A DNA stretch of 64,000 nucleotides from Eledone cirrhosa (GCA_964016885.1 OZ024743.1:267406001-267470000); one strand, 5' to 3'. Shown: positions 10,840-29,812, counted from the first letter of the stretch. The notes: generated by a model from the sequence alone, not told the origin. Translations and numbers: made by a program.

Positions 10840-13690
10840 TTATTTATTAGCCACAAGGGCCGATATTTAGGGGACAATAGAAAGAACACGGACAGTGAGG
10901 GTTTGCACAAAAATCGTGTACAAAACATATAACAAAACCAATATAACAACGAAATTGCCGCAATAGGGATATAGCACCCAGGTATGACTTAGGAACTCCA
11001 TCAGTCCTATACTACACGACACACCAAAAAGCACACTAGGAGGGCGCACATCTCTCGAAACTAGCCAGTCTCTTGGAGCATGGTCACAGTAGGCCCATTC
11101 ACACGGGCCATACTCGCTATATTCATCGCTATATTCATTGATATATTCATCCACATTTTAACTTATGTCCTAAAGGGTGGCAACACTTAGTACCACCTCT
11201 CAAAGTGCCTGCTCACTGTGGCAAAAAATGGTGGTGGAGCGAACTTCCCGATGGACACCGTCGACATCCAGATCTGTCCTACACGTGAAAATAGCTGTTC
11301 GACAAAACTTCAGAAGTCAGTAATAAACGGACACTGGACGAGTATGGTTTCGTTGACCCTGTGCACCTCTCGGACAGGTCCTTCTAATCGCATTTCTGAG
11401 CCCGTAAAATGTATCTTGAACCGAGAGTGCCCTCCCCTACCACCATGTAGCACTGTCAAGCCAGAGATTTATAGAAGTTGTCCACGGTCCCTGGCTTGAA
11501 ATTTCACCAGTAAAGACTGGTCAATTGGATACTGTCAACGCCCAGAACCTCACCGTGAACGTCGTACACTTTCCCAACAATAGTCCTCTATATAACACTA
11601 GAATGATATTTCCACTGAATGCATTGCACGACAATTAGGGGGAAGTGAGTATCTGGCAACATTCCAGATGGCAGGCTAACACAATCTCAGTCTTCGCTTA
11701 AACCACGACAGTTGTAGATTCAGTGCTTGCTTGCGCATCATCACGGCGCTTGTCGTCCGTATATGCCAAGGCAGCCTTCTAGGTCTCGTTTTGAGCACTT
11801 TGTCCTGCAAAAGCTCCAGCATCCACAATAATTGATAGCGAGTAAATACGTACAGAAGGGAGGAAAATGGGCACCCTTGACGGAGAGAGAGTATTATCTG
11901 AAACTGTTCCGAAAGACGACCGTGTACGTTGACCACCGAGCAGATGCCACTGTACATTGCAGTGATCCAGCCTCTGAAGACGAAATCGAAGCCGGCTGCC
12001 CCGGGGACAGCCTCCCTCTATCGATGATCGAACCTTTTTGATAGCTTTCGATTCATCTAAATTCAGGTTTACACCCTACACTTTCCACGATGTATTAAAT
12101 GAGCTGGATGCTATCATGTATGGGCCTAGTCGGGATTACGCAAGTTTGTACATCTACCAAAACTTCGACGACCAGCGCCAACCCATTCGCTAACACCTTG
12201 GCCAAAATCTTAAACTCTATGTTCAGCAGAGTTATGGGTCTGAAGTTATCTAACATATCCCTCTTGTTCTCATTTTTCCTCATCAGCGTCACTATGCCCC
12301 GCTTCACAGAACTGCGAATACTCCGGTTTTGTTTGCAGTAGAGCGCTTCCAGGAGATCGGAGAAGAAATCTGACATATATATGTAAAGCTCCTAGGACAG
12401 ACCATCCAAACCAGGTGACTTGCGCCTCGTACAGCCTAGGGTGTCTCGAATTTATGATGAAGTTATTGGCATTTCGCTGTGCTCAGCATCGGCCGTCGGT
12501 CGAGTGACATGGCAGGCCGACGAGGTAGGGCGTGAAGTCCGCCAGCGTCTCAGATCCCCATTCCCCGCGAACATCCGAGCAAAATGCTGGCGAAAGGCTT
12601 CACACATCTTGATGGAATCGCTCAGCTCGCGTCCGTCTCGATCCTTGAACGATTGAACTGTGCCTTTGTTACCACGCTGCCCATCTCCCACGCGGTCCAA
12701 TCGAACAGCTTTGGTTTCCCCGCTTCTAAGCACACGCGTTAATTCTGACAATGCAACCTTTATTTTTCACCTTGAAGAAATTGGCTAATGTCAATCTCAC
12801 CGCTAGCACGTCAGTTGCGATGCCACTAAAAACTTCCCTCGTCTAATGTAGCTACCAGCTCCAGCTCCTTTCTCTTTTTCTCTAACGCTACTCTTTGCTA
12901 AAACCTATCGAAATTACTCTAAACTCTCTTTTGAGAAACCCCTACCACCTGTTGTTGATGACTCGCCCTGTCAACCTTTGCTTAAAAAATTGTTCAAATT
13001 GACCCCTTTGGTTTACGTGCCAGAAACGAAATGTTCAACTTCCAGTAACCAGGTTCTAACCTGCGCGTCCTATCTAGATACACCATGCAGATCACAAACT
13101 TGTCATCTGATTAGGCGACCGTGTGAAAATGTGGCGGCCCTGGTGTCTCGTAACTCTCTATCAGTGGGGAGCTGGAATGTGTTTATGGGTATCTGATTGT
13201 TGTTCTGTGTGTGTGTTTGGAAAACGGGGAGAGGGAGAACTTTTGGGGGCGAATCCTTGGGTGGTTGTAATAGCCCTTGTTGGTGTTGTTTCTTCTGCTC
13301 TTGTTGTTGATGCAGTTTCCTTTACTGTTTCTGCTGTTGGTGTTGGCGTTCACTTTTGTTACGGCACCAGTGGTGGCAGCAAAGGAGGTTTTCGGCCCCT
13401 TGCATTTTTGCGTTGAGGGCAGAAGTCTCGAAAGTGAGTCTTTTCGCACAGATGAAACAGTGCGACCCTTTAGGCTTGGGCATTATCTGAAGAGACGGGG
13501 ATGTGTTCCGGGATTTATTTAGTTCATCAGGTCAATGCTACCCAGTTCTCTCTCGCAGTTCTGTTTGCCTCGATTGTTTAATGAGCTTACAGGCCTATGG
13601 ACACGGCTTTTTCTTTGTGAGTCATGGCTAACCAACCAGATATTGTATTCAAAGATCCAAAAAAGGAAAAATCCCTCTCTCAATGTATCA
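10840..13690 (-). mobile_element. Decayed, internally deleted L1/Tx1-clade LINE
   Basis: RT motifs KRGIVTLMRK..DNFRPITLLNIEFKILAKVLA (12095-12376) and LRQGCPFSSLLY (11676-11957). End of the endonuclease domain PGYWKLN at ~13030-13060. Frameshifted CCHC knuckle CFIC-EKTHFRDFCP at ~13415-13462. 3' tail cccttgtggctaataaa at 10844-10861. Confidence 0.85.
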
Positions 13691-13698
13691 GAGACTAC

Positions 13699-13848
<150 letters not shown>

Positions 13849-13985
13849 GTCTGTATATATATATCAAAGAAATAGAGAAAGTATCAAGCATCTGGAAACT
13901 GAAAAAACTAGAACATCAATGTTGAAAGCAGTAACATTTCCTATAATGATAAATAAATAACTATCATTACCAAACGCCAGGACAC

Positions 13986-14086
<101 letters not shown>

Positions 14087-15346
14087 TATATATAACAGAT
14101 AAAATACTACTACTAGCGACTGCACATATATTAGAGAACAATAGGTAAAACAACGCCAAATACGTGCCGTTGTATGTCCCCCAACACGCAATAAAAATAA
14201 GATTAATGATGTTCGATAAAACATTACAAACCAAAGTTGTGTGTGCAAAATGTATCGTTGCTCTGCGTTCGTCTGAGATAGAGAAGACAGACTGCATTAC
14301 CTTGCCTACAGAGTTTATCATGATCCGGGACAGCACCTGCTTCCGCGGAAATGGCAACTCAAATTATTCTGAATCTTCAGCGTGTTTCCTGGAGAAATTA
14401 CTCCAGGATAGGCTGTTCAATTGAAATTCGTTTATTATGCTAAGGATATCCTTGAGAAGAGCGTTGCCCTTGCCCAACATTAATACTCTAAATAATAGAA
14501 ACTTTGACGTACTAGCAACCACATTTCCCGACTAGTAGAGAAACACTTGGCAATATTTCGGATACATTCTGACCAAGCATCACATTCAGTTCACCCAGCA
14601 TCTGAACGAGACGGTTATTTTAAAGACATGCCTGGAAAACAATTACTATATGTGCTCTTGTTACAAGAATAACGGAAGATGTAGTAGCCTCAGTGCAAAC
14701 CTGTGCATAATAATAAACAAATCGCACCAGCTTCTGCAAAGAGTTCGTTAAATGATTTACTTTATTGCTGCATGTGTGAAAACAATGACATTTTTGCTAA
14801 CTCTCTCATATTCTCAAACACACACACAACACTTCCTACTCTCTCCATTCTCACTCCTTTACATTCTCCTCCATCTCACCCTCGCACCAAGGATTTTATC
14901 ACCGTAATTACTTTATCGGTCTATCGAAACTGCATCGTAATTATAGCTCCTTGTGTGTATCCCTACGAGCAAGGCCACCATTAAGAAAGAGTATTGCAAT
15001 GACTATCTAAATAATATACATTTCCTTAAAGCATTATTTGACAAACAGAAAATATAATCTGATTGACTGATCATATTAAGAGATAAGGGTCTTATTTTTT
15101 TCTTTTAGAAAAGGAAGAAAATAAAACATACATTTATTCATCTATCATAGATAATTTGATTTGATCGTCACTAACAAACAAGAGAAGACAATAAATAAAA
15201 TGGAATGTATATAAAGATTAAATATCAAATGACAAGGTAGAAACCAAAAATAAAAAAAAAGTCAAGTTAGTGATAAAAGCCTATAAACAAATACTCGTAT
15301 ACAAACACACACACACACACACATACACACACATACACAGACACAC

Positions 15347-15443
<97 letters not shown>

Positions 15444-15512
15444 TGTATATATACACATATATATATATATGTACATATATATATATATATATATATGTGT
15501 GTATGGGTGTAC

Positions 15513-15727
<215 letters not shown>

Positions 15728-15786
15728 GATAATTAGATACATACATACATATACGCATGCATACATACATACATATATACATACAT

Positions 15787-15869
<83 letters not shown>

Positions 15870-17039
15870 TATAACGCAAAAGAGAAAGAGAGAGATGGAG
15901 GGAGCGTCGATGACAAGTTAAGCGACATAATGACTACTAGTAAAGATGAGTTGAAAATAGAGTTGAATTTTCTGTGATGACAGGCGTAAAAGAGAGAGAC
16001 GAAGTATTGAATGAAAGAGAGAAATGGAGTGAGAGGCAGGAAAACATGTACGGAAAGGAAAGAGTAATGTGAATAAGGGGGAGGAATTAAAAAAAATTGA
16101 TATAGGCAAGAGGTTGTAAACAAAGGTTAAAAGTCAAAAAATAATAACAGTAACACGGAAACAACGATTTCCAGTGTCGAGATGTATATAATAGAGAAGT
16201 TCTATTTACGTGAAAATACAAGATGTTAAATTTCAAATTTTCATGATAAGTAGTGCACAGGAAGTATATTTTGTATTTAAAGCAGATACGTTTTGCATGC
16301 TATTGTTGCGATTAAGTAAGAGCTTTACAGAGATTAGGGCATGGGGCATGGAACTGCAGTACGCTCCCATGTGTGCAGATGGATGAGTGGTTCACCGAAG
16401 GATAAGGATTATGTAAAATGAATGGTATATGATGTAACATTTTATAAAATGTATGTATCATGTATGTATGAATGTATGTACGGATGGATGCTCATATCTG
16501 CCTGTTTCTTTCTCTCTCCCCATCCCTTTCTCCACCCACCCTCCTCTCTCTCTTTCTCTCTAAATGTGTATTTATGCTTATGTGAATTGCTGTTCTTTTT
16601 CTCAGGTCAATTTTATTCAACTGATCTTTGAACAAGGCTATTCTAGCAGTGACAACCTCATCATGTTGATAATATAACGCATGAAATACTTCATTCTACA
16701 ATGTGTACATGTTTTTCTGTGATGAGTTGTGATTTTAACAGGGAAGAGTTGTTCTTAGCACAGCGGACATGTACGCTCCAATCACGTTAGGTTATATTTT
16801 GTATATATATGACATGAGTAGGTGGTAGATCTTTGGACCAAGCACCTTCAGATATTTCTTTACATACATTCACGTTTTAATTTCCCGTTCTATCCTCATT
16901 TAATTCCTATAAGTAATAGATATTCTAGAAGTCAGACACCAACAGTTCTCACTTGCAGCATGTGTACTTCACCCATGAATCATTAGAATCAGTCTAAGAG
17001 GGTGACTCAATGTATGTATGTATCTCCCACAGATCAAAC

Positions 17040-17640
17040 TTTTCACGCTCAAGTCCCCATAGTCGGTTCACGCGAGTTATGTTACATCAGTTAGGAAAAC
17101 ACACAAGGCCTGCTATGTCTGGACAAAGTAACTCTTCCTCGAAAACTGGACAATCTTTATCCAGGTTCGCAACTGCGAAACGTTTTTTCAGGCAGAGAAA
17201 ATATTGTCCAAAGTAGAACTAGCAGAGATTCATCGCATAGTCCATGCAGAAGCAGTCGCTGGGCTTATGGTTAATAAATGAAGAAAGATCGGTAAGAGTG
17301 CGAATTGCTATAAAAGTAAACATCTTTGGAGTCGAGGAAGTACAAGGTACCATGCCATCTCATCCAGCCTAACTGAGACTCCATAGGTTAGACTTGGTAA
17401 TGAAAATGGTAACACCATGGTGTTAACTGAATATAAAAGAATCTGAAACAAGATGATATCAGCATTTATTCCAGTGATGTCAAACAATTTTTTTTACAGC
17501 AATGGCAAGCTGGAAGGTATCTGGCTACAGCGGCCTTGAAGAATTCTGGTACAAGAAAATGAGCAATCCAAAGAACTAATAGAAGTTCCAAATAGAACGG
17601 CCAAGTTTGAACAGTTGAAAAGTCCTTATAGTGAGCGACA
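17040..17640 (-). mobile_element. Possible highly decayed CR1/L2-like LINE fragments
   Basis: Only weak motifs such as FFKAAVARY; no catalytic motif is readable. Confidence 0.25.
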
Positions 17641-17759
17641 CGGCAATGGGAAATGTGGCTGCCAATTAACGACCAATAGCGTGCTTGCCAATTATTTGGA
17701 AAATGTTGACTGGGGTTATTAGGAACAAGATATACAAACATCTCAAAGTGGCAAATCTT

Positions 17760-19255
17760 ACAAATGAACAGAAAGGTGTCGTAGATGGTATAGGGACCAG
17801 ATGGTAACTGATAAGGTGATTCTAAAGAACTGCAAAAGAACGAATAACTTGGAAATGGCTTTCATAGTTTACAAGCCTATGACATTCTCCACCACTCTAG
17901 GGTAAAGGAAACCCTCAACCTTCAATCAGATAACATCAAGGAAATGTTGTTCAACTGCTTGCTGGAGTGGATAACGGAATTGTTATCAACGGAATTGTCA
18001 ATAGTCTGGTAATAAACTTTTAAGAGAAGTTGGATTCCGTCTAGGTATTTCCAAGGTGACTCCTTATTACCTTTGTTGTTTATCATTATACTTATTTCCC
18101 TTACTCTTGTTCCTAGGGAAAGAAATTGAGGATGTAACAGGTCGAAAGAGTCCATGTCTATACATCTATTATTCTTGGGTGACATGATTTTGTTTAGCCG
18201 CAATGAAAGATAACTTTATTCAGTTGTCCAAACAGAGAAGATTGTATCTGATAGAAAAAAGGTAAAATGGTTGAGGTAGATGATATTGAAATGCCTAACG
18301 GTGAAAGAATGTCCTAAATTGGGGAAAGAGGCTACAAATACTTTGGTATGTTGCAGGATACAGGAATCAAACAAGTGAAATGAAGAAAAGGATTGAAAAG
18401 GAGTACATCAGGAGCATGAGAAAATTGTCCAAGACAAATGTGTATGCAGGAAATGTAACATGTCCAAATAAACAATGGGCTTTTGGATGTATAATGCTGG
18501 ATTAGTTGATTGAACGGAACAAGTCGTTGAAAAAATTGATGAACGCACACGTAAGATCTTAACGTGCAATGCATGCTTAGACTCAAGGCCAAATATTACG
18601 TGACTGTCCTATAAAAGAAAAGAAGGTGGGAGACGATGAATTTCGGTTGAGCAATGTGTACGTTGTGAGTGCGACAGATTGTGGCACTATCTGACATTAA
18701 TTGAAAAACCACTACTCAGATAATTTCTGAAGGAAGATATTATAAAAGAAAGTCAAGATAAGAAAGAATACAACACAGCTTTAAAGAGAAACATGAACAT
18801 GGAAAGAAAAGTATCTTCATGGCAAATCTTCAGCTGCCTTTAAAGACATTGCTGATCCTAGGCCTTGGCTTTGGCCTAGTTCAGGTTGAGTTAAAAAGAG
18901 TACTGGGGCTATTATTACTGCCGCACAGGACCAGGCACACAGAACCAAATGGGTGAAAGCTAACATCAATAGACAAAATTGCTTTCCACTCTGGAGAATA
19001 TGCCATACAGCAGACGAATCTGTGGCACATAATTCTAGTGGATGTGAACAATTAGCAAAACGGTATTATGAAATTCAACATATTCTTTTAGTAAAAAGAG
19101 TACATTGGGAGTTGACCAAAAGATACAACATAGAAACGCAATGTTAGTGGTACGAACATATTCCTCTTGATTCCTGCCGATAGGGCGAAAGGTAGAGTTA
19201 TTTGTGACCTTCAGGTCAAGACCACAAAGTTCAACACAACCGCTCTGAAAAACAA
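17760..19255 (+). mobile_element. Decayed R4/Dong-like RLE non-LTR retrotransposon (RT plus CCHC region)
   Basis: Frameshifted motifs [51 protein letters not shown], and the C2HC-like WRICHTADESVAHNSSGC...RVHWEL. Confidence 0.8.
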
Positions 19256-19261
19256 TTGTTA

Positions 19262-19748
19262 TTAGCGGTGGATTGGCAGTATTGGTAGAAAGTCGGGCGC
19301 TATGAGCAGCATAGAGTTACGGCCCTTTATCATCTGAGTTGAACTCTCAACGCGGTTAACACTACCTTTCATCCTTACAAAGTCGATAAAATAAGTACCA
19401 GTCTCGCAATTGTTTTTAATCGACTTTCCCCTCCCCAAAATTGCTGGCCTTGTGCCTATATAAGAAACTATTATTGATGCACTGGGATAATTGCTGGCCT
19501 TGTGCCAAAAGTAGAAACAATTATTATTATTGTGGGATGACAGTATCAATAGAATGTCGGACACAATGCTTCACGGCATAGAGTTGCGGCCTTTTACGTT
19601 CTGAGTTCAAATCCCAACGAGGTTTGTTTTACCCTCTATCCTTATAGGGTCGATAAAATAAAGTACCAGTAACGTACTGATGGTTTCCTAGACTCCGCCT
19701 CCCTCCCAAATTGTTGGTCATGCCTAAATCAGAAACCATTATTATTAT
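19262..19748 (+). mobile_element. Two head-to-tail tRNA-derived SINE copies
   Basis: Two ctgagtt(g/c)aa...gtcgataaaataagtaccag cores, each followed by a gtgcc/atgcc-aaa-tagaaac tail and (att)n. Confidence 0.8.
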
Positions 19749-20453
19749 CAAAACTGTGATGATATTGACGATGAAGGTAAGAACAAACAACGATGGCAGC
19801 GATGATGTTGAAACAACTATTGCTGTTGCTGCTAATAATCATGAAGGTCATGATGTTGGTGGTGGAGGGGAGTAGGTAACCGTGTTATTGAGTGAAATAA
19901 ATTTGAGGTTAGATTCGTAGACATTTACCCTAGCCTCCAAACAACAACCACAACTACCAGAAGATCTTACTATTGATTCAAAATATCTATTCCACTTTAA
20001 AAAAATAAACAACAACAACAAAAACAGCAAAATAAGATGGAAGGGAGAGAGTAATAAAAAGAAAATCAAATGATCCAGCACGCAACTAGAAAATTGTCCA
20101 CACACAAAATAGAGTGAAATTCTCATATTTTCTGAAAATATAATAGAACGGTCCTGTCAGATACCTTCAAGAGTAATTCACTTCAATTTGTTTACTGTAA
20201 ATTCCCAACCGTCCGATTCACTATTAAACATGGCATGGAAATGACTTTTTTTCTGGAAAACATACACACACAAAAATATATACAGGGTCCTATTCACACA
20301 CATATACACATACTTAAATATCTACACATGGGCACACAAAGATAAACACAGAGATGCACATATACACGTGTGCACAAACAAGCAGTTTTAAAGAATAAAA
20401 GTATATATATATAAATGTGTGTGTGTGTCTTTCAGTGTATATTTACACACATA

Positions 20454-20528
<75 letters not shown>

Positions 20529-20627
20529 ATATATAAATATATATATATACACACACGGGCAGCACATATACACACTCACGCGCACAAACGCCCACACGCC
20601 CACACAGAAACACACACACACACACAC

Positions 20628-20726
<99 letters not shown>

Positions 20727-20926
20727 TCGCACAGACATCGATATATTGAGAAATATACGATAACGTCCCCGTGGAGGGCCTTCACCAATTCGACTCGATG
20801 TGAAATATGAACACGTCATATTTATACACACACACACACCCATATATATATATATTTATATATATAATGATATATATAATGATATATATTTATATATATA
20901 ATGAAATTTCACTCGGGATCTACACG

Positions 20927-20971
<45 letters not shown>

Positions 20972-21015
20972 ATATATAAAATATATATGGTTGTATTATC
21001 AGCTCAATTAAACTT

Positions 21016-21070
<55 letters not shown>

Positions 21071-21284
21071 GGGTGGGGTGCGTGAGTGTGTGTAGTGAAA
21101 GACCAGAAAGTTGTATCCAAAGTTGTTAGCGCTCTCAGTCAAAGTACAAGTTGGGTAAAGTGTTGATTTCACAACAATTACCATACCATGCTTGAGAACA
21201 CACGTTTCACATAAATCCTATTTAGGTGAAACGTGTGTTATCAAGCATGGTTTGGTTATTGTGAAAATATCTATCTATCTATTG

Positions 21285-23932
21285 AAGGCTGCGTTGTCAG
21301 AAGCAAAATACGTGCTCTGGGAAACGAGGGAGCGAAAGCTGTTAGCTGGTCCCGAGTGACGGAGCCGAGAAGTGGCAACAAGTCCACGATTCGGTCTTTG
21401 AAGGACCAATACGGACGCGTGATACGTGAGCCGAAGCAAATATGCGCGGCCTTTCAGCGGCACTTAGCTCAACTATTCGGCCAGGGCGGCGCGCTGGGAA
21501 GTGCTATCGATTTCGCTTCATACCTCGACGGCCTACCGCGTCTCTCGGACAGCGAGGCGAAGTTCTCCGAAAGGCCGATTTCGGCGGCTGAGATAGGGGA
21601 CGCGCTGAGCTAATGCGGCAAGCGCAAATCTCCAGGTCTCGACGGTCTACACTACGAATTTTACGTAGCAATGCCGGACTTGTTCTCCGGTCTCCTGGAG
21701 TCGGTCTACTGCAACTGGCAGCAGAACGGGAGAATTCCAAGTTCTGTGACCAAGGGCGTAATCACGTTAGTCAGGAAGGACAAGAATAAGGGGGATGACA
21801 TATGCAACTTCCGGCCAATAACTCTGCTCAACACATAGTTACAGATTTTGGCCAATGTGTTGGCAAAGAGCTGGCGCTTGTCGTCGAAAACCTGGTGGGA
21901 GAAGCGCAGACATGCGCAATCCCGACCAGGTCCATACACGACAATCTCCACCTCATGCGATAAATCATGGAGAGGGTAGGGTGTAAACCCGGCTTCGGTG
22001 GAGCCCTGATCAACTCAGATCAGTCTAAGGCTTTCGATAAGTCTGACCATCGTTACCTGGATGCGGTGCTTGAGGCGGAAGGCTTCGGACCCGTGTTCAG
22101 GGGCTGAATTGCTGCAATGCACAGCAGCAACATCTGCACAACAGTCAAGGTGAACGGCTACGTCTCGGAACCGTTCCATATCACGCGATCCATCCGACAG
22201 GGATGCCGTCTCTCCTCCTTTCTGTACGTACTGACTCTCGAGCCACTACTGCGGAAGTTGGAGCGATTGCAGGGCGCAGCCCTTTGGAACCGGGACACCG
22301 TAAAGCGGCGTCGGCCTGCGCCGACGACGTAACAGTAATGATCTCGAGCACCTCGCAAATCGGGGAGATCGGCACCTTACTGGAGCAATACGAAATGTTC
22401 ACAGGAGCGAAGCTGAACCGGGACGAATCCGTCGGTTTGCAACTCGGAACGTCGAGAGGCAAACCGATGCCTTCCGATGGCGTCTTCGGATGCTGGTGGG
22501 AAGGACCAGTAAAGCTGCTCGGGGTCTGGTTTGGTCCGGACCTCCAGGTGGAGAAGAACTGGAACGAGGTGTCGGCCAAGGTGTTTGCACTCACCCAGAA
22601 GTGGGCCGAGTGCAAACTATCCTTGAAAGGTCGAGCGGAGGTGGCGAACACTTTTATAGCGTCTGCCATCTACTACCGCTTGGCCGTCGCGCCTTGTCCA
22701 GCCAAAACTCTCACCAAAATAGAGCGCGCGCTCTTCCAATTCCTTTGAAAAAACGGGTTCCTTTGGTGAGAAGATCCATCTGCTGCCAACACCCTTCAAA
22801 CGCAGGGCTGGGGATGCCGTGGCTGACGATGCGCAAACACGCGCTCAGGCTGTGGCACCCCCACGTATTCCTCACCAGACAACCGGTGTGGGCCTCGTTC
22901 GTGGGGCGAGCCTTCCCACTACTCGTCTCGCTGACAGATCTGCAGACATGCGTCAAGCAAACACCTAAGAAAATGGGCGACTGGCATATCGAATGTGCTC
23001 AGGCGCTCACAGTCCTCTGACAAACGGACCCGGCAATCAGTGGAGACTCCACTTCGACATTTTATAGAGGGTTGGTCCGCAGCAAGTGCAACGACACGCT
23101 CGGAGAAACTCTAGGCGTAGAGGAGGACGAACTGGCCAGTCTGTTCGGTAGGACCTTCCACCCGGGACCAATGGACACATTCCAAAAGTCCCTGGCCTGG
23201 CAGTGCCACCGAGGAGCTCTACCAGTTCGAGACAAACTTAACAGACACGGGCGCCCGGGTAGAGACCCTTCGAAAAAGATCTGTCCGAGATGCGTGCGCG
23301 ACGAGGAAACCGGCGTACACCCATTTGTACACTGCCCGGGCGTTACCGACCTCTGGGGATATGAAGAACGACTATTGTCGCGGGTGGGACCAATCCAGTT
23401 GACCACCGAGTCCATTGTCATGATCAAACCACCACCCTCCTTCAAACACGAGGGAGAGGCGGTTTTCCTACGTGTTATGGCTATGGTGAAAGAGGTTATA
23501 TAGTGGACGAGGTTAAAAGAGCTGAGGTCAGACACTTTTCTCTCCGACGAGCAACTGATTCGTTTTTTCAAATACCACTTTGGAAGAAGAATCAGGATGG
23601 AGAGAGAGGTGCTGTACCCCAGCAAATTTTATAAAAGGTGGGTGAATGTGGCAAAGATGGCCCGAGTGGTTGGGCCTTCTCTCTATATAATCCTGTAGGT
23701 TGAGGAAAAAGAGGAAGAGAGGAGGGGAGTACTCACTCTTGGTGCTCCTGGAGATGAGGGTTGTACATTTTTTAGGGGCGTTTTCAACCCCTCTGTAACC
23801 CCCCCCCCCCCCTATTGGGGATTTCAATTGTTATTTGTTGTTTTATTAATAGTTTTATTTTCATATACCTGTATGTAAACTCCACATTTGTATTTGTCCC
23901 CTTCTTTTGTGCCCTTGTGGCTAATAAAGAAA
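21285..23932 (+). mobile_element. 5'-truncated L1/Tx1-clade LINE ORF2 pseudogene (RT plus zf-RVT)
   Basis: KSPGLDGL, NFRPITLLN, DQSKAFD, IRQGCRLSSFLY, SACADDVTV, VKLLGVWFG, LSLKGRAEVAN and CPRC..ETGVHPFVHC, with stops and frameshifts. 3' end cccttgtggctaataaagaaa then (tatc)n. Confidence 0.92.
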
Positions 23933-24604
23933 TGTATCTATCTATCTATCTATCTATCTTGGCACCCACAGGTCAGACATACGCAGGTCGCCTTACCCCT
24001 TTGTTCTTCGGGCGTGTTCAGCCCACCGCCGCTATGAAACAATTTAACTATGCAGATGACATCCCAGATCATTGACAACTCCCCGTGACAAACAAGAAAA
24101 ACAACAACATTTGAGGATTTTTTGCTTTGATATTTCAGCTTTTTTTGTATTGCCTGCGTGTCCATAGATGGACTGTACCCTTTGATAAGTTCAGCTAGAT
24201 TCCAGCCATTCTAATATTGCTGGCTTATGTCGGATCTAGCTCTCGAAACGGCAGGAGTTCAGCTGCCGGGATCCTCACATTTTTCATATATCTATCTATT
24301 TTTCTATATATATATATATATATATATAAATACAACATCGGAGAAAGCTTTTTAGCGATACTCCGGCCAAATTCCAACTCACTCAACAAACATTAGGAAA
24401 TAAGTGATTATATTCCTAATTAAGCGTTCGGGGTGCGAACTAAAAGTATTGCGTGGAAAATTGGCTGTATTATTTCATATGAGACATATCGAAAATATCT
24501 CTTCCCACTTTCATATATATATATATATATATATGAAAATAAAAGAAATTATACAATTTTTTAATTACCTTAATCTTAAAGTAGAAAAAGAGAATAATTA
24601 TAAA

Positions 24605-27180
<2,576 letters not shown>

Positions 27181-27189
27181 ATATATATA

Positions 27190-27363
<174 letters not shown>

Positions 27364-28662
27364 GTCAAGTGAACGCATATCAACTGACCAAAGATAAATT
27401 ATAATGAAGGTATGGAGGTATATAATGACTTACCGCGAAAGAGTAACTACGTTACTGTATCTCTACATAAATCTGTTATGTGTACATCACTGATACACTT
27501 TTTAAAAGACCGTAAAAAAACATTATTTTCTGCTCTGTGTTTATTGTATTTTATTTACAATGTTTGTCACTGCTTACCCTCACGTATTTCTGTTTATTAT
27601 TTTCTGTTAATTGTTTTTACTACTAAGCTGAACAGAGAAATGCTCATCTCATAACCCTTTTCATAGCGTACGCCGATTCTGGGCGAAGGTATACACTTAA
27701 ACCAGAGATTTTGGCTCAATGCTTGATACAAAATAATCACCGCTATTACCACATATATGTCTACTGATAGTGTTGAACCGGGTGCCATTTAAAGTAGATC
27801 AGATAATGATTTGATCACAAAATGCAAAGAACCGGAAGAAATAAGGCAAGGTATCTTGTCCGGTAATTTAACAATTCCTTTCATCCCACTACTAGACTGG
27901 TACTTGTTTTTCTCAACACCAAAAGAATGAAAGCCAATGTTGAACTCTGTGGGATTTAAAGTATGAACTCATAAAACCACAACACATTCAACGACTGTTA
28001 ACATGTGTTTAGATTTACATGTTCCTGCTTGTCAACGTAGTGAGATTTCAACCGGAATTATATCCACGTCTATAGCTGTTTATAAACGTTATTTTAGATA
28101 CGACTATTATAGGCATCACTACATAAAAAACAGTATACATAAAGAAAGCCATTGTTGCTAGTGATTTATAAATGGCAGATAATTTAAACAGCTTTTTTTT
28201 TCAAGAAAGCATCATTTATGTAAAATGGTTTATTCGTTTTAATGAAACCGTAAATATTAATAAATAGAACGTACCCGTGGTCAATTATAGGCGAATGCTT
28301 AATTCCTGGCGAAAGACCAATGTATGATCGAAATTAATTGTATAAATTCCTCTTTTGCTGTCCGTGGAGAGTATAAATCCCGCATGTACAGCTGACGAAA
28401 ATCTTTCGTATATCCTATGCTACATTATATATCAAAATATATGTATAATAATACCTATAATCTATCTATGTATCCCCCTCTATATATATATATATAAGCG
28501 AATACCCTCTTTTTTAAGCGTATACCCACATAATGTATTATGAACTCTATACATAATACCGATTGTCTTTGTATCTGGAAGCTAGCATGAATTGTAAGTC
28601 ATAATATTTGAGCAGTAGCTTAAGATAACAGTTATTTAATCTCTGGGTGTGTGCGGAGAATG

Positions 28663-28711
<49 letters not shown>

Positions 28712-28716
28712 CGTGT

Positions 28717-28747
<31 letters not shown>

Positions 28748-29004
28748 CGTGTGTGTGTCTGTGTGTAAACCACATTCTCCACACACGCCAAGAGATTACA
28801 TATATATATATACAAATGGAAGTTTAGTAAAGTCGAAGTTCCGGCTATAGTAGCCACGCAAACGAAATACAATTAGGAATATGCAGCCAAGCACTTGATG
28901 GGGTGAGTGCTCAGAGTAATAACATACGTTAAATAGCAGGACAAATTGAAAACTGTTGCAGGCAAGCCTACCCACAACACCGAAGCAACGAACAATATTT
29001 CTGG

Positions 29005-29094
<90 letters not shown>

Positions 29095-29129
29095 AAGAGA
29101 GAGAGAAGGGCAGTGAGTGATATACAGGA

Positions 29130-29290
29130 TTTACAGCCAGTGCTGTACTGGGAGATTTTTTGTTGACATCGAATGTGTGAAAAGCAAAGTTGACCTCGGT
29201 GGGCTTTGAACTCAAAGAGCAGAGCGCTAGAACGACTTCCGCAAACATTGTATTCGACGTTCTAAAGACTAAGCCAAATCGCCACCGCAT
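29130..29290 (-). mobile_element. tRNA-derived SINE (diverged)
   Basis: aaagcaaagttgacctcggtgggctttgaactca core and gccaaatcgccacc head. Confidence 0.7.
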
Positions 29291-29506
29291 CTATACATTT
29301 TTACGACAGATAGTGAACGAAGGATTTCATTGAAAGCTACCAGAGAAGCTTTACTTCAACCACCTGAATACATCACATGTTATATATTTCACATCCATCG
29401 TTCCCTGAATTCATTCTTTCTTTTTAAATCGATAAGTGTTTGATGTTTTGAAATTGTCTGGACAACTATGTTTAGTATGCTTGAAGTAAACGTGGAACCT
29501 CGCCTT

Positions 29507-29542
<36 letters not shown>

Positions 29543-29652
29543 TACAAACAGAGAGAGAGAAAGAAAATTGATGCCCAATATTAGACTATTTTAGTTAGTC
29601 AAAAGTAAAATCGTATAATTTAATGTTCATATATATATCGTTATATATCTAG

Positions 29653-29812
<160 letters not shown>

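Noticed and set aside
14560-14790. Cys-rich fragments (YCCMCEN) hinting at a decayed DNA-transposon C-terminus
   Set aside because: Too fragmentary to assign without a profile search.
19262-19360. tRNA-like A/B-box sequences
   Set aside because: These are SINE heads and do not form a cloverleaf, so no tRNA gene is called.
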